Below are positions 9,052 to 18,789 of a stretch of 44,197 bases of DNA, piece after piece. A program made the translations under genes and the position numbers. Position 1 is the first letter of the stretch; each line of letters begins with the position of its first letter. The notes beneath the pieces are model-generated. The model did no database searches and had not been told where the DNA came from. It saw nothing but the letters and a program-made list of their open reading frames with translations. Origin of the DNA: Candidatus Dormiibacterota bacterium (GTDB lineage: Bacteria; Chloroflexota; Dormibacteria; Aeolococcales; Aeolococcaceae); assembly GCA_003142035.1 (NCBI GenBank), contig PLOF01000074.1, positions 51,205 through 95,401 on the forward strand, read 5' to 3'.

Positions 9052-10070
9052 GGCCACTGCGACGACACCGGCAACCCGGTGGTCTCGCCCAGCCCAAAGC
9101 GGATGTTGACCGCCTGGACCGCCTGCCCGGCGCCGCCCTTTACCAGGTTGTCCTCCGCGACCGTGACCACCGCGACCCCGTCCTGGTCCGTGACGTTGAC
9201 CGCGGCCGTGTTGCTCCCGGTCACCGACTTGGTCGCCGGAGACACCTCGTCATAGCGGAGGAAGGGGTTGGCCGCGCAGAGGCCGCGCATCAGCTCGGCG
9301 ACGTCGGCGACGCGGCGCCCGGCGACCGGATGGAGGTAGGTGGTGGCCAGGATGCCCCGGGTCATGGGGATGAGGTGGGGCACGAAGGTCAGCCGCACCG
9401 CGCGGCCGGCCGCCGCGTTGAGCTCCTGGATCATCTCGGCCTTGTGGCGGTGGCCGTCCACACCGTAGGCCCTGACCGATTCGTTCACCTCCGAGAAGTG
9501 GAAACCCAGCGATGGTGAACGGCCCCCGCCGCTCGCACCGCTCTTGGCGTCGATCACCACGTCGGGCTCCACCAGCCCCTCCCGCAGCGCGGGGAGGCTG
9601 CTGAGCAGGCTGGCGGTCGGGTAGCAACCCGGGATGGCCAGCAGGTCGGAGGCGGCAATGGCCTCGCGGTGGAATTCGACCAAGGAGTACACCGCCTGCT
9701 TGCAGAGGTCCGGGGCGGGATGTTCGAGCCCGTACCAACGCGCGTAGGCAGCGGGATCGGTGAGCCGGAAGTCGGCGCTCATGTCGACCACCACGCGGCC
9801 GGCGTCGAGCCACTCCCGGGCGTGGGCGGCGGCCACCGTGTGAGGCAGGGCGGCGAACACCACCTCCGCGTCGCCGACGTCCATCCCGCCCTCCACCTGG
9901 AGGCTGATCCGGCTGCCCGGGACGGCGGCGGCGAAGGGCTTGCCGGCGGAGCTGCGGCCGAGCAGGCGCGTGAGCTCGATGGCGGGATGGCGGTCGAGGA
10001 TCTCGACGCACTGGGCGCCGATGTAGCCGGTGGCGCCGCAGACCGCGGCACGGATCACAGAGGCGGGCAT
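9048..10070 (-). CDS. argC: N-acetyl-gamma-glutamyl-phosphate reductase
   Basis: GATGYIG Rossmann motif, PGCYPT catalytic Cys, DNLVKGGAGQAVQ. Confidence 0.96.
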   Translation of the reverse strand: MPASVIRAAVCGATGYIGAQCVEILDRHPAIELTRLLGRSSAGKPFAAAVPGSRISLQVEGGMDVGDAEVVFAALPHTVAAAHAREWLDAGRVVVDMSADFRLTDPAAYARWYGLEHPAPDLCKQAVYSLVEFHREAIAASDLLAIPGCYPTASLLSSLPALREGLVEPDVVIDAKSGASGGGRSPSLGFHFSEVNESVRAYGVDGHRHKAEMIQELNAAAGRAVRLTFVPHLIPMTRGILATTYLHPVAGRRVADVAELMRGLCAANPFLRYDEVSPATKSVTGSNTAAVNVTDQDGVAVVTVAEDNLVKGGAGQAVQAVNIRFGLGETTGLPVSSQWP

Positions 10071-10079
10071 GGCCGGTGG

Positions 10080-10109
10080 ATTATACGTGTCCGGTGCATG
10101 TTTATGCAA
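10080..10109 (-). promoter_or_regulatory. Sigma70/SigA promoter of the arg operon with overlapping ARG box
   Basis: TTGCAT-N18-TATAAT on the minus strand, ending 9 nt before the argC ATG; palindromic TGCATAAACATGCA (10095-10108) fits the ArgR box consensus, and argR is in the operon. Confidence 0.85.
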
Positions 10110-10243
10110 CCGTGGTCCGGCGGCCTCCCGCCCCGGCCCCGGGCGAGTCGGGTTCCTCTCTGCAGGGGCACCACAAAGGACAGCACGTGCCCTGGGCCGT
10201 CTCCGTCAGGTTGCCCGTACCGCCCCCGCGTCGCCGGCCTGGG

Positions 10244-12133
10244 TCACCTCGTCGGGGCGAGGCCGGAGTGGCCGGCGGCGGGGAGCCCACGGGCGCCGAG
10301 CAGCCGGTGGCGCGCCCGCTCGATGTTGACGGCCGCGCCGATCAGGGCCAGGTGGGTGAAGGCCTGCGGGTAGTTGCCGAGCAGCTCCCCGGTCGCGCCG
10401 TCCGCCTCCTCGGCCATCAGCCCGAGTGGCGATCCGAAGGCGAGCAGCCGCTCGAAGCGACGCTGGGCCTGCTCCACCTCGCCGATGTGGGCGAGGGCGT
10501 CGGCCAGCCAGAAGGAGCACATCAGGAATCCCCCCTCCGCGCCGTGCTCGATGCCGTCGTCGGTCTCCTCGGGGCGGTAGCGGCTGACCAGCGCTCCCTG
10601 ACCAAGGTGGCGGGCGACCGCCCGCACCGTGCTCACGATGCGCGGGTCGCGATCCTCGAGGAAGCGCACCTGGCCGGCCCGGAGCAAGGCGGCGTCGACG
10701 GTCCTTCCCCCCAGTGTCTGGGTGAAGCTGCGCAGCCGCCGGCTGTACCCCTCCGCGGTCACCCGCCGGTGGATCGCCCGGCGCGCCTCCTCCCAGCGCT
10801 CGCGATCGCAGCTCAGTCCAAAGCGCTCGGCGAGCCGCAGGCCCCGGTCGACGGCGACCCAGCACATCACCTTGCTGTAGGTGTAGTGGAGCACCCGGCC
10901 TCGACTCTCCCAGATGGAGGCGTCGGGCAGCTGCCAGCACTCGATGGCCATGTCGACCACGGCGTGCAGCTCCTTCCAGAGCGTCTGGCTGATCTCGCCG
11001 CCAAAGCGGGCGTAGAGGTAGGCGCTGTCCAGCAGCTCGCCGTAGACGTCGAGCTGGAGCTGGTCGACGGCACCGTTGCCGATCCGGACCGGCGCCGACC
11101 TCCGGTACCCGGACCAATGGCCGAGCACCTCCTCGGCGACCCGGGTGCCGCCGTCGACCCGGTAGAGGTTCTGGAACCTGCCGCCCTCGCCGATACCGGT
11201 GGTGCGCAGCCAGCCGAAGAAGCCATCGGCCTCCTCGTGGAGGCCGAGCTGAAAGAGGCCGAAGAGGGTGAGGGAGGCGTCCCGCAGCCAGGTGAAGCGG
11301 TAGTCCCAGTTTCGCCGGCCCCCGATCGCCTCGGGAAGTGAGGCGGTGGGCGCGGCCACGATGGCGCCGGTCGGCGCGTAGATCATCAGCTTGAGGGCGA
11401 GCGCCGAGCGCCAGACCGCCTCGGGATAGGCTCCGGCGTAGCGGACCTTCCCGATCCAGTGCCACCAGTAAGCCTGGGTCTCGCGCAGCAGACCGAGCGC
11501 CCGCTCCACCGTCCAGGCGCTCTCCGAGGTGGTGCAGTCCCCGCTGTCATGCTGGCAGCGGAGGGAGAGGGCGACCGCATCGCCCGCATGGAGCGTGAAG
11601 CCGCTGGTGGCACCGCGGATCTCGGCCGTCGACACGACACAGAAATGGAGGCCACCCACGTCACCGTGGAAACGCCTGCTCTCGGCCTGGAACTCGGCAG
11701 GGGAGCGACCGTAGTCGGGCCGGGGAGCGATCCGGTGCTCCATGCTCACGCTGCCGGTCAGGCAGTCCACGATGCGGACGATCCGCGGGCGGCGGTGAGG
11801 ACGCGCGTGGTGCCCGATGGTCTCCTGGTCAACCGGCATGAAGTCGACCACCTGGACCGTGCCGGTGGGCGTGGAGAAGATGGTCCGGAGGATGTTGGTG
11901 CGGTCGTCGTAGCGCTGCTCGGCCCGGTGCGCGCCCCGCGGCCGGAGCTGCCAGTGCCCACCATCGCGCGCGTCGAGGATGCGGCCGAAGAGCGACGGCG
12001 AGTCGAAGCGGGGCAGGCAGCACCAATCGATGCTGCCGTCGACACCGACCAGCGCGGCGCTGCGGCAGTCGCCGATCAGCCCGTAGGCCCCGATGGGGAG
12101 GTAACCGCCGGTCCTGCCCACCCCCTGGATCAT
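10244..12133 (-). CDS. Glycoside hydrolase family 15 (trehalase/glucoamylase-like)
   Basis: IGDCRSAALV, RNWDYRFTWLRDA, QLDVYGE, SIWESR and LGNYPQAFTH motifs; ATGA overlap with hisI. Confidence 0.93.
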   Translation of the reverse strand: MIQGVGRTGGYLPIGAYGLIGDCRSAALVGVDGSIDWCCLPRFDSPSLFGRILDARDGGHWQLRPRGAHRAEQRYDDRTNILRTIFSTPTGTVQVVDFMPVDQETIGHHARPHRRPRIVRIVDCLTGSVSMEHRIAPRPDYGRSPAEFQAESRRFHGDVGGLHFCVVSTAEIRGATSGFTLHAGDAVALSLRCQHDSGDCTTSESAWTVERALGLLRETQAYWWHWIGKVRYAGAYPEAVWRSALALKLMIYAPTGAIVAAPTASLPEAIGGRRNWDYRFTWLRDASLTLFGLFQLGLHEEADGFFGWLRTTGIGEGGRFQNLYRVDGGTRVAEEVLGHWSGYRRSAPVRIGNGAVDQLQLDVYGELLDSAYLYARFGGEISQTLWKELHAVVDMAIECWQLPDASIWESRGRVLHYTYSKVMCWVAVDRGLRLAERFGLSCDRERWEEARRAIHRRVTAEGYSRRLRSFTQTLGGRTVDAALLRAGQVRFLEDRDPRIVSTVRAVARHLGQGALVSRYRPEETDDGIEHGAEGGFLMCSFWLADALAHIGEVEQAQRRFERLLAFGSPLGLMAEEADGATGELLGNYPQAFTHLALIGAAVNIERARHRLLGARGLPAAGHSGLAPTR

Positions 12134-12576
12134 GGTGCGGCAGGCTCCGGTCCGTACCGTGCAGCAGGGGCCCCCACGCCGCCCGCGGCGGGGGGAGGCG
12201 CGACGAAGCAGGATCGGGCACCGGTGTGGCAGGCCGGGCCGGCGGGCTCGACCAGCAGCAGCACGGCGTCGCCATCGCAGTCCAGCCGGACCTGGATGAT
12301 GCGCATGCTGTTGCCGCTCGTCTCGCCCTTTTGCCAGAGACGCTCCCGGCTCCGGCTCCAGAAGGTGGCCCGCCGGGTGACCAACGTGGCCTCGTAGGCC
12401 TCGCGGTTCATGTGGGCGACCATCAGCACCTCGGCGGTGTCCACGTCCTGGACGACGGCGGTGACCAGCCCGCGGCTGAAGTCGGGGCTGCGCCCCTCCG
12501 GTGCGGCGACCAGGGGCAGCACCGAGGCAACCGGCTCTCCGGGGGGCGAGAGGGCGTCGCGGTCTGCATCGTTCAC
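12130..12576 (-). CDS. hisI: Phosphoribosyl-AMP cyclohydrolase (monofunctional)
   Basis: WSRSR..LW.KGETSGN, DCDGD and [10 protein letters not shown] motifs; no HisE domain. Confidence 0.94.
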   Translation of the reverse strand: MNDADRDALSPPGEPVASVLPLVAAPEGRSPDFSRGLVTAVVQDVDTAEVLMVAHMNREAYEATLVTRRATFWSRSRERLWQKGETSGNSMRIIQVRLDCDGDAVLLLVEPAGPACHTGARSCFVAPPPAAGGVGAPAARYGPEPAAP

Positions 12577-13331
12577 AACCGCACCTCGATCCCGTGCTCG
12601 CGCAGGTAGGCCTTGGTCTGGGGGATGGGGTGGATGCCGTCGTGGAAGATGGAGGCCGCCAGGGCGGCATCCGCGCCCCCCTCGTCGAGCACCGCACGCA
12701 GGTGCTCGGGCTCCCCCGCCCCCCCGCTCGCGATCACCGGGATGGTGAGCCGGTCGGAGACCGTCCGGGTGAGCAGGAGGTCGTAACCGTCCTGGGTGCC
12801 GTCCCGATCCATGCTCGTCAGCAGGATCTCGCCGGCGCCCCTTTCGGCGGCCTCCTGCGCCCAGGCGAGCGCGTCCAGCCCGGTGTCGCGGCGACCGCCG
12901 TGGGAGAAGACATGCCAGCCATCGCCCTCGCGGCGGGCATCCACCGCGACCACGATGCATTGCACCCCGAAGCGCTCGGCTGCCTCACCGATGAGCTCGG
13001 GACGGGCCAGCGCCGCCGTGTTGAGCGACACTTTGTCCGCACCGCTGCGCAGCATCCGGTCGATGTCATCGAGCCCGCGCAGCCCACCTCCCACGGTGAG
13101 CGGGATGAAGACGGAGTCGGCGGTGCGGCGCACCGCGTCGAGGAGAATCTCCCGAGCGTCGCTGCTCGCGGTGATATCGAGGAACACCAGCTCATCGGCG
13201 GATTCGGCGTCGTACCGCGCCGCCAGCTCGGCGGGGTCGCCGGCGTCGCGGAGGTTGACGAAGTTGACCCCCTTGACCACGCGACCGTGATCGACGTCGA
13301 GGCAGGGGATGATCCGCTTGGCCAGGGTCAT
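12573..13331 (-). CDS. hisF: Imidazole glycerol phosphate synthase, cyclase subunit
   Basis: [22 protein letters not shown] and TSMDRDGT motifs. Confidence 0.97.
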   Translation of the reverse strand: MTLAKRIIPCLDVDHGRVVKGVNFVNLRDAGDPAELAARYDAESADELVFLDITASSDAREILLDAVRRTADSVFIPLTVGGGLRGLDDIDRMLRSGADKVSLNTAALARPELIGEAAERFGVQCIVVAVDARREGDGWHVFSHGGRRDTGLDALAWAQEAAERGAGEILLTSMDRDGTQDGYDLLLTRTVSDRLTIPVIASGGAGEPEHLRAVLDEGGADAALAASIFHDGIHPIPQTKAYLREHGIEVRL

Positions 13332-14053
13332 CGTGGGAACCGCATCATGGCGGCGCGCAGGTCGAAGCTGCCCTCGTACATGGCGCGCCCCACGATGGCG
13401 CCGGCAGCTCCGGCCTCGGCGCAGCGGGCGATGTCGTCGACCGTGCTGATCCCTCCGCTCGCGATCACCGGTCCCGGAAACACCCGCACCGCCTCCTCGA
13501 GCCCGGCGAGGTCGGGGCCGCTCAACATCCCGTCGAGAGCCACGTCGGTCCGGACCAGGCCGCCGAGCGGCCAGACCGCCCAGCGTTCCAGGTGGGTGGC
13601 GGCGCTTCCCGCGCCCTCGGTCCAGCCCTCGGCCTGGGCGACGTCGCCGCGCACATCAAGGGCGACCAGGCAGCGCCCCGGCAGGGCGGCGCAGATCGCC
13701 TCGGCGGCCTCGGGCTCGCGCACCGCCACGCTCCCCAGCACGACGAAGGTCGCCCCGGCGGCCAGCCATCGCTCCGCCGCCGCCAGGGTGCGGACGCCCC
13801 CTCCCACCTCGATCTCGACACCACCCTGCCGGGCCACCTCCAGCACGCCGCGGACCGCGGCGGCGGAGTCCGCGTCCGCGGTCCCCCGGGCGGCGTCGAG
13901 GTCCACGAGGTGGATGCGGTGGGCGCCACTCTCGATCAGCCGCCGGGCGACCCCGGCGGGATCCTTCTCGTAGACCTGCTCTCGGTTGTAGTCGCCCTGG
14001 ATGAGACGGACGCAGCGGCCCCCTCGGATGTCGATGGCAGGGATGACGATCAC
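13328..14053 (-). CDS. hisA: ProFAR isomerase
   Basis: [22 protein letters not shown] and IASGG motifs. Confidence 0.95.
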   Translation of the reverse strand: MIVIPAIDIRGGRCVRLIQGDYNREQVYEKDPAGVARRLIESGAHRIHLVDLDAARGTADADSAAAVRGVLEVARQGGVEIEVGGGVRTLAAAERWLAAGATFVVLGSVAVREPEAAEAICAALPGRCLVALDVRGDVAQAEGWTEGAGSAATHLERWAVWPLGGLVRTDVALDGMLSGPDLAGLEEAVRVFPGPVIASGGISTVDDIARCAEAGAAGAIVGRAMYEGSFDLRAAMMRFPR

Positions 14054-14697
14054 GGCAGCGACGGCTCAGCCGGCCTCCGCTCACCCATCGAGGCGGCCAC
14101 CAGGTTGGCGTAGATGCGCAGCCCGGCCGGGCCGCTCTTCTCGGGGTGGAACTGGGTGCCCGTCACCACTCCCCGCTCGCAGATGGCGACGATCTCGCCG
14201 CCGTAGTCCACGGTGGCGACCACGTCCGCGGGGTCGGCATCAGCCGCGTAGGAGTGGACGAAATAGCACCGGGTGCCCTCCTCGACCCCCTCGGTGAGCA
14301 CGGCGGGCCGGCGCAACCGGAGAGAGTTCCAGCCCATGTGCGGCACCTTGAGCGGAGGTGTCGCCGCAATGCGGCGCACCCGCCCGGCGAGGAGGCCGAG
14401 CCCGGTGCCGCCCTCCCCCTCCTCGCTCGAATCGAAGAGCAACTGGAAGCCGAGGCAGACCCCGAGGACGGGGCGGCCGCGACCGGCCGCCTCCCTCACG
14501 GCGTCACCCAGCCCGGAGCCCAGCAGCAGGGCCGCCGCCGGAGCGAAGGCGCCGACACCGGGCAGCACCACCCCGTCGCTGCCGGCGACGACCCGCGGAT
14601 CCGGGGTGATCACCGCCTCTGCACCGGCACGCGCCAGCGCCCGCTCGACACTGCGCAGGTTGCCGACCCCGTAGTCGACGATCGCGATCCGTGGCAT
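14050..14697 (-). CDS. hisH: Imidazole glycerol phosphate synthase, glutaminase subunit
   Basis: DYGVGNLRSV, LPGVGAF, GVCLG, PHMGWN and QFHPEKS motifs. Confidence 0.96.
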   Translation of the reverse strand: MPRIAIVDYGVGNLRSVERALARAGAEAVITPDPRVVAGSDGVVLPGVGAFAPAAALLLGSGLGDAVREAAGRGRPVLGVCLGFQLLFDSSEEGEGGTGLGLLAGRVRRIAATPPLKVPHMGWNSLRLRRPAVLTEGVEEGTRCYFVHSYAADADPADVVATVDYGGEIVAICERGVVTGTQFHPEKSGPAGLRIYANLVAASMGERRPAEPSLP

Positions 14698-14744
14698 CAG
14701 GGAGCCGCCTCGGTGAAGCACCGCGAGCACCGGCTCCGCGGCAT
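14697..14744 (-). CDS. Putative 15-aa mini-ORF (MPRSRCSRCFTEAAP) coupled to hisH
   Basis: The ATG overlaps the upstream mini-ORF stop (TGATG) and the stop overlaps the hisH ATG (TGATG). Translation is unproven. Confidence 0.4.
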   Translation of the reverse strand: MPRSRCSRCFTEAAP

Positions 14745-14791
14745 CAGGGGACCCGCACCATGGGGGACGCGTCACGCCCGTCTCGGAGCAT
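14744..14791 (-). CDS. Putative 15-aa mini-ORF (MLRDGRDASPMVRVP) coupled to hisB
   Basis: The ATG overlaps the hisB TGA (TGATG) and the stop overlaps the next mini-ORF ATG. Translation is unproven. Confidence 0.4.
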   Translation of the reverse strand: MLRDGRDASPMVRVP

Positions 14792-15399
14792 CAGAGCACT
14801 CCCTTGGTGGAGGGCACCCCACGCCCGACCACCGTCAGCGCATCGCGGGTGGCCAGCCCCAGGGCCTTGAAGGCGGCCTCGGCGACATGGTGGAGGTTGA
14901 CCCCCCGGATCAGGTCGACATGGAGGCTGATCCCCGCAGATTGGGCCAGCCCCTGCACGAACTCGTGGAGGACGGTCACATCGAAGTCGTTGATGCGTCC
15001 TTTGAGGGCGCTCATCTCCCACTCCAGGTGGGGGCGGTTGGAGAAGTCCAGGACGCAGCGGACCAGCGACTCGTCGAGGGGCGCGTAGGCGTGGCCGAAG
15101 CGCCGGATGCCGGCGCGGTCGCCGAGGGCCCGGCTGATCGCCGCGCCCAGGGCCAGCCCGCAATCCTCCACCAGGTGGTGGGCATCGACGTCGATATCGC
15201 CGGAGCCGTGGAGCCGGACATCCATGCCGCTGTATTTGACGAAGGATTCGAGCATGTGGCGGAAGAAGGGCAGGGGAACGTCGATGTCGGCCACCCCGCC
15301 GCCGTCGATCTCGACGTCGACCTGGATGCGCGTCTCCTTGGTGACCCGCGCCTCGGTCGCGGTCCGCCGCGACGCCGGGCCTGGGCTGCTCTCACTCAT
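14791..15399 (-). CDS. hisB: Imidazoleglycerol-phosphate dehydratase
   Basis: DAHHLVED and NLHHVAEAAFKA metal motifs; ends PSTKGVL. Confidence 0.96.
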   Translation of the reverse strand: MSESSPGPASRRTATEARVTKETRIQVDVEIDGGGVADIDVPLPFFRHMLESFVKYSGMDVRLHGSGDIDVDAHHLVEDCGLALGAAISRALGDRAGIRRFGHAYAPLDESLVRCVLDFSNRPHLEWEMSALKGRINDFDVTVLHEFVQGLAQSAGISLHVDLIRGVNLHHVAEAAFKALGLATRDALTVVGRGVPSTKGVL

Positions 15400-16730
15400 C
15401 GGGCACCATCCTCCATCCTGAGCCGGATCGCCCGCTCATGGCCGCGCAAGCCCTCGGCGGCAGCGAGAGCGCAGGCGACGGGCGACAGGTCGTCGAACTC
15501 CTTGGCCGAGAGATCGACCACCGACTGCCAGCGCTGGAAGTCCATGACCGAGAGCGGCCCGCGGTGGCGGGCCGCACCACCGGTCGGCAGAGTGTGGTTG
15601 GGCCCGGCAACGTAATCGCCCATCGACACCGGCGAGCGCCGGCCGACGAAGACCGCGGACGACGTGTGCGGCTCGTCGCGGAGCGCCTCGGCGGCCTTGC
15701 CCTGAAGCGAGAGGTGCTCGGCGGCAAACTCATCGGCGAGACGGCGGGCCGCGTCGAGCGACTCGGTGACGACCACCGCGCCGTGGCGGCCGGCGGCCTG
15801 CGCGATGATCCCGCTTCGCGCCGCGGCCGACGCCTCCTCGGAGAAGGCTTCCGCCACCTGGCCGGCCAGTCCCGGGGAGTCGGTGATGCACACCGCCCAG
15901 GCCAGGGGGTCGTGCTCGAGCTGGGAGACCAGGTCGGCGGCGACCAGGCGCGGGTCGGCGCCGTCCGAGGCGATGACCACGATCTCGCTGGGGCCGGCCA
16001 CGCCGTCGATGCCGACCTCGCCGAAGACGGCGCGTTTGGCCAGGGTCACGAAGAGGTTGCCCGGCCCGGTGATCTTGTCCACCCGGACGATGGTCTGGGT
16101 CCCGTAGCCGAGGGCTCCGATGGCCTGCGCACCTCCGATCGCGTGGACCTCGGACACCCCCAGGTGGTGGGCGCTGGCGAGGACAAGCGGGTGGACCGAC
16201 CCGTCGGGGCCGGGAGGCGACACCAGGGCGATCTCCCCGACGCCGGCGATCTGGGCCGGGATCACGTTCATCAGCACGGTGCTCGGGTAGGCGGCCCGAC
16301 CGCCGGGGACGTAGCAGCCAACCCGCCGCAGGGGCAGGGGACGGAGGTGCGCGGTCGCCGTGCCCCTGATGGTGGTGTCGCGCTGGGGCTCGTGGATCGC
16401 TCGGATGCGAGCCGCTGCGGCGCTGATCGCATCGCGCACCTCGGGGGCGGTCTGCTCCCAGGCGCGGGCCATGGCCTTCGGCGGGACGCGGGTCTCGGCG
16501 ACGTCCACGTGGTCCAGCCGCTCGGTCCAGCGCCGGACCGCGGGGTCGCCCTCGCGGGCGACGTCGCCGAGGATGGTGTGGACGACGTGCTCGGCGGCGA
16601 CGGGCAGCTCAAACCACGCTGCCAGCGGCCCCGCGGTCTCGCCGTCCAGGAGGACGGTCGCACCGCGCCTCTCGGCGCGGACCTGCGCCCGCCACTCCTC
16701 GGGGGTCAGGGATCGGAGCCGGACGATCAC
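15396..16730 (-). CDS. hisD: Histidinol dehydrogenase
   Basis: YVPGGRAAYPST, GPGNLFV, AGPSE, QLEH and GPNHTLPT motifs; GTGA overlap with hisG. Confidence 0.95.
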   Translation of the reverse strand: MIVRLRSLTPEEWRAQVRAERRGATVLLDGETAGPLAAWFELPVAAEHVVHTILGDVAREGDPAVRRWTERLDHVDVAETRVPPKAMARAWEQTAPEVRDAISAAAARIRAIHEPQRDTTIRGTATAHLRPLPLRRVGCYVPGGRAAYPSTVLMNVIPAQIAGVGEIALVSPPGPDGSVHPLVLASAHHLGVSEVHAIGGAQAIGALGYGTQTIVRVDKITGPGNLFVTLAKRAVFGEVGIDGVAGPSEIVVIASDGADPRLVAADLVSQLEHDPLAWAVCITDSPGLAGQVAEAFSEEASAAARSGIIAQAAGRHGAVVVTESLDAARRLADEFAAEHLSLQGKAAEALRDEPHTSSAVFVGRRSPVSMGDYVAGPNHTLPTGGAARHRGPLSVMDFQRWQSVVDLSAKEFDDLSPVACALAAAEGLRGHERAIRLRMEDGAR

Positions 16731-17386
16731 GGCGCGGCAGCGGGTGCGGCCGCCGCCGTGACGGTGCGGCGGAGGGCGGCGGCGAGTTGGTTGACCGCCT
16801 CGCTCCTGGTCTTGAGCGAGGCCTGGTTGGAGATCAGCCGGGCCGTCGCGCGTCCCGCTTCGGCGACCTCGACGAGATGATTGGCGATGAGCGTCCGCCC
16901 CGTCGCGGTGATGTCGACGACGCAGTCGGCGAGGCCCATCGCCGGAGCCAGCTCGACCGACCCGTGGAGCTTGATCAGCTCGACCGCCAGCCCCAGCGAG
17001 TCGAAGAAGCGGCGGGCGGCAATCGGGTACTTGGTGGCGGCCCGGAGCGACTGAGGGAAGCGCCCCTCGGCGAGCGGCGAGCCCTGGGGCGCGGCCAGCA
17101 CCAGCCGGCAGGCTCCGAAGCGGAGGTCCACCAGCTCGTAGCAGTCGCGCGGCGATTCCCAGAGGACGTCCTTGCCCACGATGCCGGCATCGCACGCACC
17201 CATCTCCACGTAGACGGGGACGTCGGTGGGCCGCACCTTGACCACGGTGGCGGTCGGGGTGACGATCTTCAGCTGCCGGTCAAATCGGCTGGCGTCGATA
17301 TCCGCGACCCCGGCGTCCGAGAGCAGCCGGCAGGCATCCTCGAAGAGAGCGCCGCCGGGCAAGGCGAGCCGCAGGCCGCCGCTCAC
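16727..17386 (-). CDS. hisG: ATP phosphoribosyltransferase, short form
   Basis: DVPVYVE, GKDVL, ATKYP, GSVELAP and DITATGRTL motifs; 219 aa without the C-terminal ACT domain. Confidence 0.95.
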   Translation of the reverse strand: MSGGLRLALPGGALFEDACRLLSDAGVADIDASRFDRQLKIVTPTATVVKVRPTDVPVYVEMGACDAGIVGKDVLWESPRDCYELVDLRFGACRLVLAAPQGSPLAEGRFPQSLRAATKYPIAARRFFDSLGLAVELIKLHGSVELAPAMGLADCVVDITATGRTLIANHLVEVAEAGRATARLISNQASLKTRSEAVNQLAAALRRTVTAAAAPAAAP

Positions 17387-18639
17387 AGGGTGCCCCGGGC
17401 GTGCGCGGCGAGGAGCGCCTCGACCCCGCGCCCCTCTTCGCCCCGGTACCGCCAGACAACGGCGCCGTCGTCGTCCAGACGGGCCATGCCTTCGATCACC
17501 GGCTCCTCGCGGTGGCGGGCGGTCGGCTCGAGCTCGAGCGCGACGGCGACCCCCGCCTGACGGAGGCGGGCGGCCAGGGCCGGCGCCTCGCCGGCCCGCC
17601 CTGCCGAGTAGCCGAGACGAAGCGCCTCGACCTTGCCGTCCTGGCCAGAGCCACGCAACAGGGCGTCGCAGCAGCGGTCGACGTGGAGGACGAAGCCGGT
17701 CGCCGGAGCATCCGTGCCGAAAGCGGCGAGCAGCCGGTCGTAGCGCCCGCCCGCGCCGAGCGGAAAGCCCAGATCCGCGCTGAACAGCTCGAAGGTCGGG
17801 CCGGTGTAGTAATCCCAGTCACGGACGGCACCGAGGTCGAGGTGGACGCTGGCGGTGATCCCGTGGCGATCGAGGACATCCCAGAGCTCCGCCAGGTCGG
17901 CGAGGACCCGCCGCGGCCGGGGGGCGCTGATCCGGGCGCCGGCAGTGTCGAGGATCTCGCGACCACCGCGCAGGGTGGGGAAGGCGAGCAGCAGCTCCCG
18001 CTCGGCATCCCCCGCGTCCGTGCCGCGCAGGGCATCCTCGACCGCCACCAGGTCGCGGCCACGAAGCGCGTCGGCGACCCGACCCCGGGATTCAGCGTCA
18101 AGGTTGGCGGAGTCGAGCAGGGAAGGGACGAAGTCGGCGTGCCCGACATCGATCTGGACTCCGGTGACCCCGGCCCGCTCGAGCGCGGCCGCGGCCACCG
18201 CGATGCACTCCGCGTCAGCCGAGAGCCCCGGGTGCCCGATCAGCTCGCAGCCCGCCTGCATCGCCTCTCGGCGCCGGCCGCCGAGCGGGGGGCGGTTGAA
18301 GAGCACCGGTCCCGCGTAGCAGAGGCGGAGAGGCGGGCGCACCCCCTGAAGCTGCGTGGACACCACCCGGGCGACGCTCACGGTGCGCTCCCCGACCAGG
18401 GCGAGCAAACTGCCGTCGGCGTCCATGAAACGGAAGAGCTGGGTCTGGAGACCGCCTCCGACGCCGGCCGCCACGGTCTCGAGCGGCTCCACGAGAGGGG
18501 TGGAGAGGTACTCATAGCCCCAGGCGGCAAAGGTGTCGACGAAGGCTTCGGTCACGACGCGCCGGCGCTGTGCCGCCGCTCCGATCCAATCGGCGAAACC
18601 GCCCGCGCGGCCTCGCGCCGGACTCTGGAGGGCGCTCAT
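17383..18639 (-). CDS. hisZ: ATP phosphoribosyltransferase regulatory subunit
   Basis: HisRS-like fold (RLCYAGPV, QAGCELIG, DYYTG, GGRYD) directly upstream of short hisG. Confidence 0.92.
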   Translation of the reverse strand: MSALQSPARGRAGGFADWIGAAAQRRRVVTEAFVDTFAAWGYEYLSTPLVEPLETVAAGVGGGLQTQLFRFMDADGSLLALVGERTVSVARVVSTQLQGVRPPLRLCYAGPVLFNRPPLGGRRREAMQAGCELIGHPGLSADAECIAVAAAALERAGVTGVQIDVGHADFVPSLLDSANLDAESRGRVADALRGRDLVAVEDALRGTDAGDAERELLLAFPTLRGGREILDTAGARISAPRPRRVLADLAELWDVLDRHGITASVHLDLGAVRDWDYYTGPTFELFSADLGFPLGAGGRYDRLLAAFGTDAPATGFVLHVDRCCDALLRGSGQDGKVEALRLGYSAGRAGEAPALAARLRQAGVAVALELEPTARHREEPVIEGMARLDDDGAVVWRYRGEEGRGVEALLAAHARGTL

Positions 18640-18647
18640 ATGGGCGA

Positions 18648-18653
18648 AGTCTA
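18648..18653 (-). promoter_or_regulatory. Putative -10 element (TAGACT) of the his operon, leaderless arrangement
   Basis: TAGACT ends 8 nt before the hisZ ATG; no SD. Confidence 0.55.
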
Positions 18654-18730
18654 CCCAGGCTCCGCCCCGAATCGAGGCGAAACGGCGTTGACGGCTGTTT
18701 TGGGTGGGATGACCTGACGTGACGAGGGTT

Positions 18731-18763
18731 GAGGGCCACCGCCCGCTGGGGACGGCGGCCCTC
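18731..18763 (-). terminator. GC hairpin downstream of the 178-aa membrane gene
   Basis: GAGGGCC...GGCCCTC stem with inner pairing; no U-tract. Confidence 0.35.
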
Positions 18764-18789
18764 GATACTCCTCGCCTATGCGGTGAGGG

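Noticed and set aside
14695-14793. Mini-CRISPR interpretation of the 47-nt periodicity
   Set aside because: The shared sequence is only 7-10 bp, far too short for CRISPR repeats.
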